A DNA stretch of 64,000 nucleotides from Candidatus Bathyarchaeota archaeon (GCA_963714275.1 CAVQNT010000006.1:416001-480000); one strand, 5' to 3'; counted from the first letter of the stretch, positions 45,495-55,687 are shown. The notes: generated by a model from the letters alone, not told the origin. Program-made: numbers and translations.

Positions 45495-46664
45495 ATTACG
45501 TCCCTCACAACCTTTAAAGCGTCCTCAATAACTTTTTCGTCAACGAATATGCTTATTGTGGCTTTACTACTCGTGACTTCAATTATATTAATGTTCTTTG
45601 ACGCCAAAGCCCCCGAAACCTTGGCAACCGAACCCGGCGAATCAATAAAAGATGGGTGAGTAGAGCTCAATCAGTCCAACGTTGGCTCTTAAACTCAGGG
45701 CTTTACACACATCAAGACCGTGCAGCTCGTTAACAAGCGTTTTCGGGTCCTCAGACGAAGTGAACACTGTAAGTGAGGCTTTCCCTGTGCTGATTCCGTA
45801 GATAGGCTTGTTCCCAAACGCAGCGAGAATCTTGCTTACATTCACTGGCTTGATGTTGCATATGATGCTGATGGCTGAGAGCCCTCTTTTCTCGTCGATT
45901 TCGCAAGAGTTAGAAGTAAAGACGCCAGAAATTTCCGTTCCGCCAGACAAATTTCCGTTCAAATAGTTCACGACCCTCAGCGTCTGGTCTGGACGTTTAT
46001 ACTTGAGCGCCTCAGCCTTAATGATTTTTGCGCCTCCGTGAGAAAGGGCAAACATCTCATGGATGGTCAGGTTTCTTAGCAGTTTTGCTTCCTGAACAAC
46101 TTTGGGGTCCGCAGACATGACGCCTTCGGTTTCTTTAACCATCACAACCTCGTCGGCTTTAAGGCAGTTTCCAAGCACCATAGCTGTCGTGTCGCTTCCT
46201 CCTCTCCCGAGAGTTGTAACATTGCCATTCTTATCTCGACCGAGAAAGCCACAGAATACCACAATTTTTGTGCCAAGAAGAGGTTCCACAAACCGTCTGA
46301 CAAGTTCACATGTCTTGCCCATGTTCGGTAAGGCGTCTTTAAAATTCGAATCCGTGATTATAGGCCAACTTTCTTGGCTCGGATCAAAGTATTCGGCTTG
46401 GGCGCCCATTGATCGTAATGCTGAACAGAAGATTCGGGCACTCGTCCTTTCGCCCATAGACACAATTTCAGCGTAGTCCTTGGCGTCTGAGCTGCCTACT
46501 TCAAAAATGGTTTTTGTCAGGCTGTCTGTGGCTCCAGCCATCGCTGAAACTACGACGACGATTTCGCGGTATCCTGACTCGAGAATCATCCTCGCTGCCT
46601 TTCGGATTTTTTCTCCAGTCGCAAGGTCCGCTCCGCCGAACTTGATGACAGCTCTACCAGCCAT
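45491..46664 (-). CDS. lysC: Aspartate kinase with an ACT domain (frameshifted)
   Basis: VIKFGG, VVVSAM, GE, TLGRGGSD, ADP. Confidence 0.92.
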
Positions 46665-46705
46665 AACTCATTGATGTCTCCTTTTTGTGCGAAGATAAAG
46701 GCATT

Positions 46706-47494
46706 TTAGCCTAACACGTCGTCCATGCTATAGATTCCCGGTTTCGTTTGTTTACAGATCCATTCTGCAGCGAAAAGTGCTCCCTGCGCGAAGACACTTC
46801 GTGAAAAAGCCGTGTGTTCGATGCGGATCATCTCGTATGGACCAGCCACTAACAGATCGTGGATTCCCGCTACTCCGCCAGCCCTAACTGAAAGAATCTC
46901 TAGTTCCCCAGGTTTCCTCGGGTTGATGCCTTCTCTTCCGTAAACCGTGGTTGAGTATTTTCGGGCTTCGGAGACAAGCGTGCCCAGTTTCTTGGCTGTT
47001 CCGCTCGGTGCATCCTTTTTCCCTGTGTGGTGAACCTCAGTTATGCTGAAGTCGTAGTCTGCTGGCAGACGTGTCAAGGCTTTTGTGAGATTGAACATGA
47101 TGTTGACTCCAATGGCGTAATTTGGCGAAATGACTGCAGGAACCTTTTGGGAAACTGCTTCCCTGATTTTTCCCATTTGCTCGTCCGTTAAACCCGTTGT
47201 TCCCATCACTATCCTCTTGCCTAAATTGGCGACGACTGGGAGGTTTGCTGCCTCAGCCTCCGGTGTGGTGAAAGATAGGTAGACATCGGCTTCTTTCACA
47301 GCCTTCTCCATGTTAGAAGGATCAACGATTTTAATGTCTGAATCGCATATTCCGATTTCTCGTAAAGTCTTGCCGATGTTTGGGTTACCTCTTGCCTCGA
47401 TTGCTCCGACGATGGCGAATCCTCGGGCTACTGCTTCCTTGATGAGGGTGCTTCCCATCCTGCCAGTTGCGCCTGCAACGCATATTTTAGTCAT
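46706..47494 (-). CDS. dapB: 4-hydroxy-tetrahydrodipicolinate reductase
   Basis: GATGRMG, GTTG, EVHHTGKKDAPSGTA, FAQGA. Confidence 0.95.
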   Translation of the reverse strand: MTKICVAGATGRMGSTLIKEAVARGFAIVGAIEARGNPNIGKTLREIGICDSDIKIVDPSNMEKAVKEADVYLSFTTPEAEAANLPVVANLGKRIVMGTTGLTDEQMGKIREAVSQKVPAVISPNYAIGVNIMFNLTKALTRLPADYDFSITEVHHTGKKDAPSGTAKKLGTLVSEARKYSTTVYGREGINPRKPGELEILSVRAGGVAGIHDLLVAGPYEMIRIEHTAFSRSVFAQGALFAAEWICKQTKPGIYSMDDVLG

Positions 47495-48536
47495 AAGACA
47501 ACCCTTTCAAGAATCTTTCCTTGTAAAGCCTTTTGCTCAAGTCGACATCGAAGAAGGATTCAACGGGATCCAGTATTTCAGGAGTCTTCTCATACACGGA
47601 CCTTGCGACATTAAGAACCGCCTGCAATCCCTTTTTAGTCATTTTTCCCAACGGCTGCCTTGAAGAACCAGAGGGCATACCGAGAACGTTCATTAGGGTC
47701 TTGTATGGAAGCGGGTTTCTTGCTTTGCACGCGATTGTACCATAAGGCGTGTCTTCATCCGTTTTTACTGTGACCATTCCGAAAAGTGGCTTAAGAGCCT
47801 CGTACAGCTTTTGGTAATTCGAGGAGTCTCTTTTCAGTATTGCTTGGACAAACTGTTGAATTGGTCCTGGCGCAACGTTTGACGCGACTGAAATGACGCC
47901 GCTTGCTGCAATCTGCGGGTCCATCATCATGTCAAATGTCTTATCGTCGTCCCCGGAGAGGATGTCAAAGTCTGGTCCACATAGACGGCGCGTCAACCTC
48001 ATGTTGTCAAGGTTGCCCGTTGCTTCTTTGACGGCTCTAAGGGTTTTGAACTGAGAATGGAGAATCGCCAGATCTTGTGGGAGAAGCTGGGTTCCAGTCC
48101 TGCCCGGAATCACGTATGGGATGATTTGGATTTCGGGGAACTTTCGAGCCACGGGTTCAACGTATTCTCTTCTTATTTCCATTGAGCTCGGACCGTTGTA
48201 GTAGGGGTCAACGAGCAGTATGCAGTTTATCCCGTGTTCGGAGACTTCGTGGGTGGCTTCCAAGGTTTCTTCAGTGTTGTTGCTTCCTGTTCCGCCGATG
48301 GTTAGGCATTTGCCATTGACATCGTCAAAAACTTTCTCGATGACTTTGAGGTGCTCGTTCCAGGTGAGGGTTGGGCTTTCACCCGTCGTTCCTACGGCTA
48401 GTATGCCGCTTATGTCTTGTTTCACTTGGAAATCGACTAAACTTTTTAGTCCTTCATAATCAACTTTTCCACTTTTCTTCAAGGGCGTTATTGACGCAGT
48501 GTAGCATCCACTGAACTTACGCATCCTAATTATCAC
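47487..48536 (-). CDS. dapA: 4-hydroxy-tetrahydrodipicolinate synthase
   Basis: GTTGES, PYYN, PGRT, KEATG, SGDD. Confidence 0.93.
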   Translation of the reverse strand: MIIRMRKFSGCYTASITPLKKSGKVDYEGLKSLVDFQVKQDISGILAVGTTGESPTLTWNEHLKVIEKVFDDVNGKCLTIGGTGSNNTEETLEATHEVSEHGINCILLVDPYYNGPSSMEIRREYVEPVARKFPEIQIIPYVIPGRTGTQLLPQDLAILHSQFKTLRAVKEATGNLDNMRLTRRLCGPDFDILSGDDDKTFDMMMDPQIAASGVISVASNVAPGPIQQFVQAILKRDSSNYQKLYEALKPLFGMVTVKTDEDTPYGTIACKARNPLPYKTLMNVLGMPSGSSRQPLGKMTKKGLQAVLNVARSVYEKTPEILDPVESFFDVDLSKRLYKERFLKGLSYD

Positions 48537-48587
48537 CTAATAACGCATTTTTTTCAATGTGCTATATTTATGTTTTTCGTTTTTTGA

Positions 48588-48602
48588 TTCCGATTTTCGT
48601 AA
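48588..48602. promoter_or_regulatory. Putative Lrp/LysM operator (dapA side)
   Basis: TTCCGA-TTT-TCGTAA semi-palindrome just upstream of the dapA TATA box. Confidence 0.55.
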
Positions 48603-48778
48603 AATATAATTTTTATACTTTATTTATGATTTATATTGTTGAGCATCTCCTGAGTCAAGCTGTTACCGCGTTTGTTTCAATATTTATGTTGTAAACTGAT
48701 TCGGGGTTCGAACCCCTTGTTCATCTAACCATTAAGAATCAAACGAAGTTAACTAGCTGACTAAATGGCTCATGTTGG

Positions 48779-48793
48779 TTACGATTTTCGCAA
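48779..48793. promoter_or_regulatory. Putative Lrp/LysM operator (regulator side)
   Basis: TTACGA-TTT-TCGCAA immediately before the lrp TATA box. Confidence 0.55.
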
Positions 48794-48827
48794 AAGGCAT
48801 ATATTTTTCGAATTCTAAATAAGTGTC

Positions 48828-49220
48828 ATGGATGATGTGGACCTTGAAATTCTGAAGATTCTGAAAAGAGACGCCAGAACAAAATACGTTAAAGTGGCGA
48901 AACTGGTCGGCTTGACAGAGGGCGCAGTTAGAAGGCGGATAAAGAAGCTCGTCAAGCAAGGCATTATTAAAGGATTTACTGTTGAAACAATGGCGGAGTT
49001 CGAAGGCATAGTCCTTGTGGAGACAAGCCCAAGTGGGACAAAAGAAGTCATAAAAAATATCGGCAAGATAGCCTCAAGGGTCTTTGAGGTTTCAGGAGAC
49101 TACGATATCGCAGCCTTGATCCAAGCGTACACTATGGATGACTTGAACAGAAAAATTGACGGGATAAGGAAACTTGTTGGAGTGAAAAACACAAATACTC
49201 TGGTTAAGCTCACTGGCTAA
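48828..49220 (+). CDS. Lrp/AsnC-family regulator (LysM-like)
   Basis: DLEILKILKRDART, TEGAVRRRI, VSGDYDI; divergent from the lysine operon. Confidence 0.9.
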   Translation: MDDVDLEILKILKRDARTKYVKVAKLVGLTEGAVRRRIKKLVKQGIIKGFTVETMAEFEGIVLVETSPSGTKEVIKNIGKIASRVFEVSGDYDIAALIQAYTMDDLNRKIDGIRKLVGVKNTNTLVKLTG

Positions 49221-49263
49221 ACCTGATGCTCTAGGTTATAATTTCGGGTAAGTAGAAATAACC

Positions 49264-50148
49264 TCAAATGGCTTCAAGGGCTTTGTACATTTTTTCGTAG
49301 GCAATGCCAAAGTCGCTATCCTTCGTTAACGATGTCTGGGTGTCCGCATAGAACTGCAGGAAGCCTTTAAGGTCTCCTTCTTTGACGTGCCGTTTGAGTG
49401 TCTCAGCGTTCGAAATGAATTTTTCGAGGATTTGCGCCGAAAATTTATTGTCCATCTGGATTGATGCATACAACGACGGGTCTTCGGTCATCACTCCTTC
49501 GCTCAAAATCAACTGCAACGCGAATGTTGTGCCACCAAGTTTCTTCAGGATGTTAAGGTCCTCTTGCCCAATCACAGAAGCGAAAATTATGTTCAAGAAA
49601 TGTGGAAGCGAAAGCGCCGCAGCCATGGCTTTGTCGTGTTCCTCAACGTCGACAACGACCAGTTCCACGTTCGGAAACAATGTCTTCGCCACCCTAAACT
49701 CCGAGGATGGGTCTGACACTGGAACAAGCGCGATTTTTTCTCCAGCAGTTTTCGTGACGCCGGGTCCAAAAAGAGGATGAATCGAGACTGTTCTTGTTCC
49801 TTGAGCTGCCACTTTTTCTAGGACAGGGAAAACTTGGGATTTAAGCGACGAAATCTCCACGATTGTGGCGGAACTTTTAATTTTGGATGAAATTTCCTTT
49901 AAAACTTTTGGGGTAATATCAATGGGAGTCGAAAGTACGATTATCTCAGCGTCTTTCGCAGCTTCGACGTTGTTCTGTGCGAGTCTAGCGCCTGTGTACT
50001 GGGCTATGGTTTTCGCTTCCTCGCGTCTTGTGTCCGAAATCGTGACATCGTGTCCACTTTTAATGAAATAGTTTACGAGCCACTTTCCCATTCTGCCTGC
50101 TCCGCCAATAATGGCTACTTTCATTCGGTTGTCCTCCAAAACATGCAT
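49264..50148 (-). CDS. tyrA: Prephenate/arogenate dehydrogenase
   Basis: GGAGRMG, SSLK, HPLFGP, EHDKAMA..LPH. Confidence 0.9.
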   Translation of the reverse strand: MHVLEDNRMKVAIIGGAGRMGKWLVNYFIKSGHDVTISDTRREEAKTIAQYTGARLAQNNVEAAKDAEIIVLSTPIDITPKVLKEISSKIKSSATIVEISSLKSQVFPVLEKVAAQGTRTVSIHPLFGPGVTKTAGEKIALVPVSDPSSEFRVAKTLFPNVELVVVDVEEHDKAMAAALSLPHFLNIIFASVIGQEDLNILKKLGGTTFALQLILSEGVMTEDPSLYASIQMDNKFSAQILEKFISNAETLKRHVKEGDLKGFLQFYADTQTSLTKDSDFGIAYEKMYKALEAI

Positions 50149-50154
50149 TTTCTT

Positions 50155-50481
50155 CTAACGTTGCGTCTTTATTGTGTCTCTCTGGACCTGCTTGGACTCT
50201 TCGAGGAGAAGCTGCAAAATCTTCAAACAAAAACCTTCGTCCAAATTGTGCTTTTTGCATTGCCCCAAAACCTTTGCCCCTAGTTTCTGTTCAATTTTCG
50301 CATTCTTAACGGGAATTCCTTCGCTGGCTTTGATTTCTCCAATCTGCTTAGCTAGCTGAAGGCGTTCTCCGCATAAGTCGAAAATTTCCAGCGTGACCCT
50401 TTCAATGCGTTTCCGCAATTCATCCAAACTATCGGTTTTCTCACTCAAAGACAATCCCACGGAAAGTCCAGAAGCTTCCAA
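50155..50481 (-). CDS. Chorismate mutase (AroQ type)
   Basis: LDELRKRI, ERLQLAKQIGEIK, LLEESKQVQ. Confidence 0.85.
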   Translation of the reverse strand: MEASGLSVGLSLSEKTDSLDELRKRIERVTLEIFDLCGERLQLAKQIGEIKASEGIPVKNAKIEQKLGAKVLGQCKKHNLDEGFCLKILQLLLEESKQVQRDTIKTQR

Positions 50482-50534
50482 AATAATATGCAGGCTTCAG
50501 TTTATAAGAATGAAACTATTGTTTAAGGCGAGGG

Positions 50535-51220
50535 TCATTCTTTTTTTGCTAGGAACCTGACGACGTCATTGATGTTGTCAATAATTGGGTAATCAGAGCT
50601 CTTGAACCTTTTCGATGTCTTGCCCATGACTGACGAAAACAAACTTTAATCCTGCTTGTTTTGCGCATTCAGCGTCTGACCAGTGGTCTCCGACAAAAAG
50701 TGTCTCCTGCGCCTTTACTCCCAAAAGCTTTAGCAGGTGAAACGCGTGTTCTGGATTCGGTTTTGGCTGGTCAACGTCGTCTCTGGCTGCGACGGTGTCA
50801 AAATATCGATTTAGACTAAACTTGGCAAGTATCTTATGCGTGTATTCGCGGCATCCTCTTGTCATGACTCCGAGCTTCAACCCTTGCTCTTTGAGAACAT
50901 ACAACGTTTGTGGCACGCCCTCAATTACTGTTGCGTTCTCTGTTGATTGCAGTTCAACCTCGTTCATTATGTTCGACACTTGAGCGAGAACATCCGAAAC
51001 CCGATTCTCAGAGAAACCTTTCTGCTGAAGGCAGTCTAACAGCCAAATTTATGATCTCGGTGCTCAGCATGTCTTCGTTCAACAGCCTTTCCTTCACTCC
51101 GTTGGCTTGAAGAAACGTTATGACCTTCCTTTTCATCTCCTTAAATGGAATAGCGGAATTTATCAAAGTCCCATCCAAATCGAAGATAACAGCCTTTAAA
51201 GGAAGACTCAACCCAAACAC
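50535..51220 (-). CDS. HAD-family hydrolase (frameshifted)
   Basis: FDLDGTL, KPNP, VGDHWSD. Confidence 0.88.
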
Positions 51221-51242
51221 GCCAAATTTAACAAGAAACCTT

Positions 51243-51617
51243 CTACACTAATATCATATAGAGCTGAGCTAGCTGTTTAAGCTGGTTTACGCGTCTTTCA
51301 ATTATTGCCTGTAGTGTTTTCCTCAACTCTTCACTGTGAGTTGACTTGTCAATTTTGCTTATTCTGTCTGCGAGATGAGTGTCACCTAGAGTCCCTTTAA
51401 TCCATTTCGCAAAATCTTCGCGACCGAAATGAAATTCGATCGCCTTTATTGATGTTTTCTTCAGTTTTTCAAGGAAACTTTCCAGCGATGATGCCATTTC
51501 GCCTGTATACTGTCCGACATCTGTGAAGAATAGAAAAGATTCAGGCATAGGAACGGTTCTAAGAATTCTTAAGGCGAACTCTTGATATACTTCGCTTTGA
51601 GTTCTTTTCTTAACCAA
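51243..51617 (-). CDS. DUF5752-like protein
   Basis: FLFFTDVGQYTG..ASSL..IEFHF.R.DFAKWI..LGD..LA. Confidence 0.75.
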   Translation of the reverse strand: MVKKRTQSEVYQEFALRILRTVPMPESFLFFTDVGQYTGEMASSLESFLEKLKKTSIKAIEFHFGREDFAKWIKGTLGDTHLADRISKIDKSTHSEELRKTLQAIIERRVNQLKQLAQLYMILV

Positions 51618-51774
51618 TATATTTACCTTCTAACCATGTTCAAGCACTATTCAGCTAGCTAGATATTAGCTTAACGATTCATTATATACTATACGCATAC
51701 TGTTTAATTAAATCGCTTTTATGTCAAATATACATGAGTTATTCTAAACTGAGCAAGATTCGCGTGTTTTTTTA

Positions 51775-51845
51775 GAGAGTAGAGAGTATACAACACATAA
51801 TAGAAGAGAAGAGAGAAAGATTAAATTTTAACCCCCCACACACAC
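51775..51845. repeat. Purine tract followed by the TTAAATTTTAACCCCCC-ACACACAC end motif
   Basis: Same motif as 53849-53864 and 59238-59253. Confidence 0.7.
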
Positions 51846-51935
51846 TTAGGACAGCTATCTATAAACCAAACAAAGGGGAATGTTACTTTTTTGAAGCACA
51901 ATAGTAAAGAAACAAAGGCTATGAGATTTCACCTA

Positions 51936-52368
51936 TTATCCTTTTAAGAGAGAACGCGCGTTTTCAATGAAAATAGAAGCTCTCTCTTCTGAAACACCAA
52001 TTGTTTTTGCTATTTCTCAGGACTAGAAGCTGCTAGTTCATTAACGTCCTTAATGCCTGCTTTCATTAGCTTCTCTGACAGCTTTGACCGATACCTTTCA
52101 CCTTAGCAAGGTCCAAAGTGGCCTCAGGGGTTGTGGCTTCAGCTTTTTGCTTTCTACCTTCTGGAAGGGTTTTTGTCGTGTCAATGCTTAGATATGTTTT
52201 GAGAGTTTTTACATTTTCGTCGTGTTTAGTTGATCTTCTAATGTCGATCGGTATTCCCATCTTTAATGCTTGTATAAAGCTTAAACCTTTTTCTTTCAAT
52301 TCCTCTCGGCTGAAACCTTTTCCTCTTTTTGATTTTCCTTTCCTCTTAACAATCGCCTGAATAGTCAT
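51936..52368 (-). CDS. rpl13e: Ribosomal protein eL13 fused to a helix-hairpin-helix domain (frameshifted)
   Basis: KRGKGFSREEL...GIPIDIRRST..ENV; then LAKVKGIG..L.KAGI..V.ELA...IAKTIGVSEERA in shifted frames. Confidence 0.8.
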
Positions 52369-52471
52369 TATTCGTCATCAATAGATAATTATCAATACGC
52401 TCAAATTTAAGGTTTGATGGTCTAGAAAGATCCTTTTCAAGCGAGTGCCAAGACTAGCTAGCGCGCGCGAG

Positions 52472-53077
52472 CTAGCCTACTTTAAATGGCATTCTATATC
52501 CTTTCGCCACCAACCTTTTGTGGATGGAATTCTTCAAAGCGCCCAGTCCTTCTCCTGTCTTTGCGCTCACTGGGAATACATGCTCTCCAACAGCAAATGG
52601 ATAACCTTTGCCTATTTGATGTATGAACTCTTCAAGGTTAACCTCTAACTCCTTCTTATCCGCCTTATCTATCTTGTTAGCCGCAACTAAAGGAAACTCC
52701 CCTAAAATCTCTGTCAAAAACTGAACCATCTCCACGTCCACTGAGATAAACCCCTTCTTCTCCAAACGCCACGTTACCTCCGAGAACGTGGATATGTCTA
52801 AAACATGGACGGCTAAAACTATGTTCTGAGCATAGGACTCTAGGAACTTGATGATCTGATCATTTTTCTTATCCTCCAAACGTTTAGAAGCTCCCAGAAT
52901 CCTACCAAACCCTGGCATATCTACAAGCACCAAATCGCCACTCAATGGATATTTTGAAATCCGTCGCGTAGTTCCTGGTCGTTTACCGATTGCCACATCC
53001 AAGCCTACGACTTCTCTGATGATGCTACTCTTGCCCGCATTAGGCCTACCAGTGAAAATCAAATACCTCTCGTGCAT
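52472..53077 (-). CDS. engB: GTP-binding protein EngB
   Basis: GRPNAGKSS, PGTT, DMPGFG, NKID, VSAKTG. Confidence 0.9.
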   Translation of the reverse strand: MHERYLIFTGRPNAGKSSIIREVVGLDVAIGKRPGTTRRISKYPLSGDLVLVDMPGFGRILGASKRLEDKKNDQIIKFLESYAQNIVLAVHVLDISTFSEVTWRLEKKGFISVDVEMVQFLTEILGEFPLVAANKIDKADKKELEVNLEEFIHQIGKGYPFAVGEHVFPVSAKTGEGLGALKNSIHKRLVAKGYRMPFKVG

Positions 53078-53139
53078 ACTTAATATTACATAAGATGCGG
53101 TATACTTGAATGTATTCTAACTGTTCCTCATATAAATTC

Positions 53140-53244
53140 CTAAATGACAAGAAATGCTATGATATCAGGCACTTCATCAGAGTCATACCCATAGTGTGCG
53201 GGTGAGAATCCAAGCAAATTGAACAGAAGCACAGCGATTCGAGC
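53140..53244 (-). pseudogene. Possible PD-(D/E)xK nuclease gene fragment
   Basis: ARIAVLLFNLLGFSPAHYGYDSDEVPDIIAF; no start codon. Confidence 0.35.
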
Positions 53245-53314
53245 CGCTAGCTGAGCTATTTCAAAAATATGAGGACATCTGACAAATGCGCGTTACCTCC
53301 CATAAACATAGAAC

Positions 53315-53590
53315 CTATTTACCCTTAGATTTCTGAAGATTCTTATACTCGTCCTCAGTCAGAATGAACCACTTAGCATAGAAGTTAGGTTTAACCCATA
53401 CTCCAGCACCATAGAAGACCTTAAGATACCCCTTTAGGGTGTGCATGCCTAAACCAGATTCCAAAGCATACACAGACATCAACTTATACTCATTCATGCT
53501 TTTACGGTTCTTTTCAATAAAACTCTTGAAATCCTCAAGCCTCTGCCGTCGCCCTTTGATAGCAGGTACGTCATGCGTAACCTCAGCCAT
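53315..53590 (-). CDS. Hypothetical protein, possibly winged-helix
   Basis: 91 aa ORF with a GGAGG SD. Confidence 0.55.
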   Translation of the reverse strand: MAEVTHDVPAIKGRRQRLEDFKSFIEKNRKSMNEYKLMSVYALESGLGMHTLKGYLKVFYGAGVWVKPNFYAKWFILTEDEYKNLQKSKGK

Positions 53591-53841
53591 TCCATTTAAA
53601 CCTCCTTAAACAAGATATACACATAAACATATGAAACCTTTTTATCTATAGGGGTACTCTCGCTCTATATTATATAATTAAGGGTTCACTCTGGACAAAT
53701 TATTTAATCTCAGATGATAAGACTTAGAATTAATAACCTAAACCCTAGACACCAAGAACATTAAGCAAAGAACCTAAAGGATAGCTGAGCTAGCGTGCGT
53801 GTGCGTGTGGGTTTTTAATACGAAGAGTAAGAGTAAGGATT

Positions 53842-54032
53842 TGGGTTTGGGGGTTAAAATTTAACACTTACTATGGTTTTACTTGTTCTTGTTCAGCTTT
53901 TCTCCTTACTAGATCTAGAGAAATTCTCTTATTCTTTAGACTCTTCGTTAACCAACTTCTTTTCTTCCATCTTTTAAGAGCCCTTTCCCTTCTTTTTCTT
54001 TCCTTTGCTGATTTCTTCATTTTTCTTTTCTC
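53842..54032 (+). repeat. Left 191-bp inverted repeat
   Basis: Exact reverse complement of 59070-59260. Confidence 0.95.
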
Positions 54033-54188
54033 CTTTCTATTACTCTATATATTACCCCCTTCACGAACGCCCATATGTGTGACTCATACAAAAAACCTAA
54101 ACGATAATGTAAATGCTTAAGCTTCTTTCTGTGATAGTATTCAGCGAACCACCAAATCCATCCACATATTTGCCAAGAATTGCTTAAA

Positions 54189-54374
54189 CTATTGTCTCGT
54201 CATAACGACTTCTTCTTTAAGAGTCTTCCTTTCTTTTTGCCATAGTTCCCCTTTTAACAGGTCTAGGACGGCGAATCGGATAGCCGCACTCCTAGATGAG
54301 TATATGCCCTTCCCAATCAGCTCATTCAGCCCCTCCAAGCAGGCTTCGGGCAACAAGAACGTCACCAACTCCAA
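54189..54374 (-). CDS. CdrS-like RHH protein, paralog of 9871-10062
   Basis: LVTFLLPEACLEGLNELI..G.YSSRSAAIRFAVLDLLKGELW. Confidence 0.8.
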   Translation of the reverse strand: MELVTFLLPEACLEGLNELIGKGIYSSRSAAIRFAVLDLLKGELWQKERKTLKEEVVMTRQ

Positions 54375-54518
54375 TTATAATCGCCTCCGTGTATAGGAAA
54401 TCGATCAATCGCCATATGAAAACCTTTCAGGCTCCTAAAAAGGATGTTAGGTGTCAGCGATATCTCAGCATAATATAGTATGCTTTCAGCGTAGGCTCAT
54501 ACTGCTGCTAGCTCAGCT

Positions 54519-54687
54519 ACCAGTATACTGCAGAGAGTGCTTTGCCAAGAGAAGGCCCGCAAGATCAGATTTTGGCAGAAGAAGATACTAGAAACCGTAT
54601 ACGCTAGTTATCAGCAAACTGAAGATTCATTTTATTTTTTTTCGTTTTCTCTTTTTAATATATTAATGCACAGCTCATCCAGAAGCT
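54519..54687 (+). repeat. About 169-bp direct duplicate of 59534-59703 (3' half of the CxxC-x17-CxxC gene and its terminator)
   Basis: Near-identical sequence from accagtatactgcagagag to catccagaagct. Confidence 0.93.
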
Positions 54688-54910
54688 GACTAGATATCAA
54701 AGGCTAATCTCTAACTGGGCGGTTGCAAACGGTATTCAACGAATCTCTGTATAACTTAAGCCTGATCTTTTCATCATCTTAAATAAGCTACTTCGATGGT
54801 GATGGCTGGATTCTACCTTTTCGGAGAAGCTCACTGACTTCATATCAAAAACCATTTGGTTAGCTACATTAATATTCGTGGTCCTTCATTGTAACCTCGG
54901 CAGTTAGGAT

Positions 54911-55687
54911 TTGGCAAGTGAAAAGGCCGGACGCCACAAAACGTTTGGTCGTTTTCAGTTCTATAATCCGACTGAGCGAGAGTTGGCGAGGAAAGCAGTC
55001 TTGAGAAGACAAATGGGGAGCGCGCGAAAACCGTATTGGAGAGGTAGGGGAAGAATTCCCGGTAGGGGAAGCGCGTACAAACATGTCAAGGCTCTCGAAT
55101 ACCTTGCCATACTAGCTGTAAAAAACAGTGTTGATGCAGTCGAGTTTTTTGACAGCATTGTGGAAGCTTGGAAGAAAGATGAGTCACAATGCAAACAGCT
55201 AACGGTTAGGTGCCGAGAGAGGGCAAGAGACTCAGCGGTCTTTTTATTCATCGCGACTCACAACACTATGGCTCAATTTTCCGTGCCGACTGCTGTCTTA
55301 CAAGGAGATAAGAGTCAGCTTGAACCTTACGTGAAAACCCTTGCCTCGAGAGCTCCGTCGACCGAAGAGAATGCGAAACCCCAGATTAAGGATTTGATAG
55401 CGGGAATGAAAAAGGTCAACCTGAAGGTTAAGGTGCTTGAGATTCCAGAACCGAATGCGATCTATACAAGATATGGCATAGAATCTCATGTCACAAACGT
55501 ACTTGTAGGGGACCAAACTGGAACAATAAGAATGTGTTTGTGGAACGAATATATCAAAACTGTTTCTAAGCACGACATAATTGAGATCGAAAACGGCGAA
55601 GTAGCCAATTACAGAGGCGAACTACAGCTAAGAATCAGGAGAAACGGAAACCTAAACGTTATCAAAAGAACTAGCTCACTCAGCTAG
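54911..55687 (+). CDS. SSB/RPA-like OB-fold protein with an N-terminal extension
   Basis: IKDLIAGMKKVNLKVKVLE, VGDQTGTIRMCLWN, IENG..YRGELQL. Confidence 0.85.
   Translation: MASEKAGRHKTFGRFQFYNPTERELARKAVLRRQMGSARKPYWRGRGRIPGRGSAYKHVKALEYLAILAVKNSVDAVEFFDSIVEAWKKDESQCKQLTVRCRERARDSAVFLFIATHNTMAQFSVPTAVLQGDKSQLEPYVKTLASRAPSTEENAKPQIKDLIAGMKKVNLKVKVLEIPEPNAIYTRYGIESHVTNVLVGDQTGTIRMCLWNEYIKTVSKHDIIEIENGEVANYRGELQLRIRRNGNLNVIKRTSSLS

Noticed and set aside
48703-48716. tRNA gene or att site at GGGGTTCGAACCCC
   Set aside because: A T-arm-like palindrome only; no acceptor, D or anticodon arms around it.
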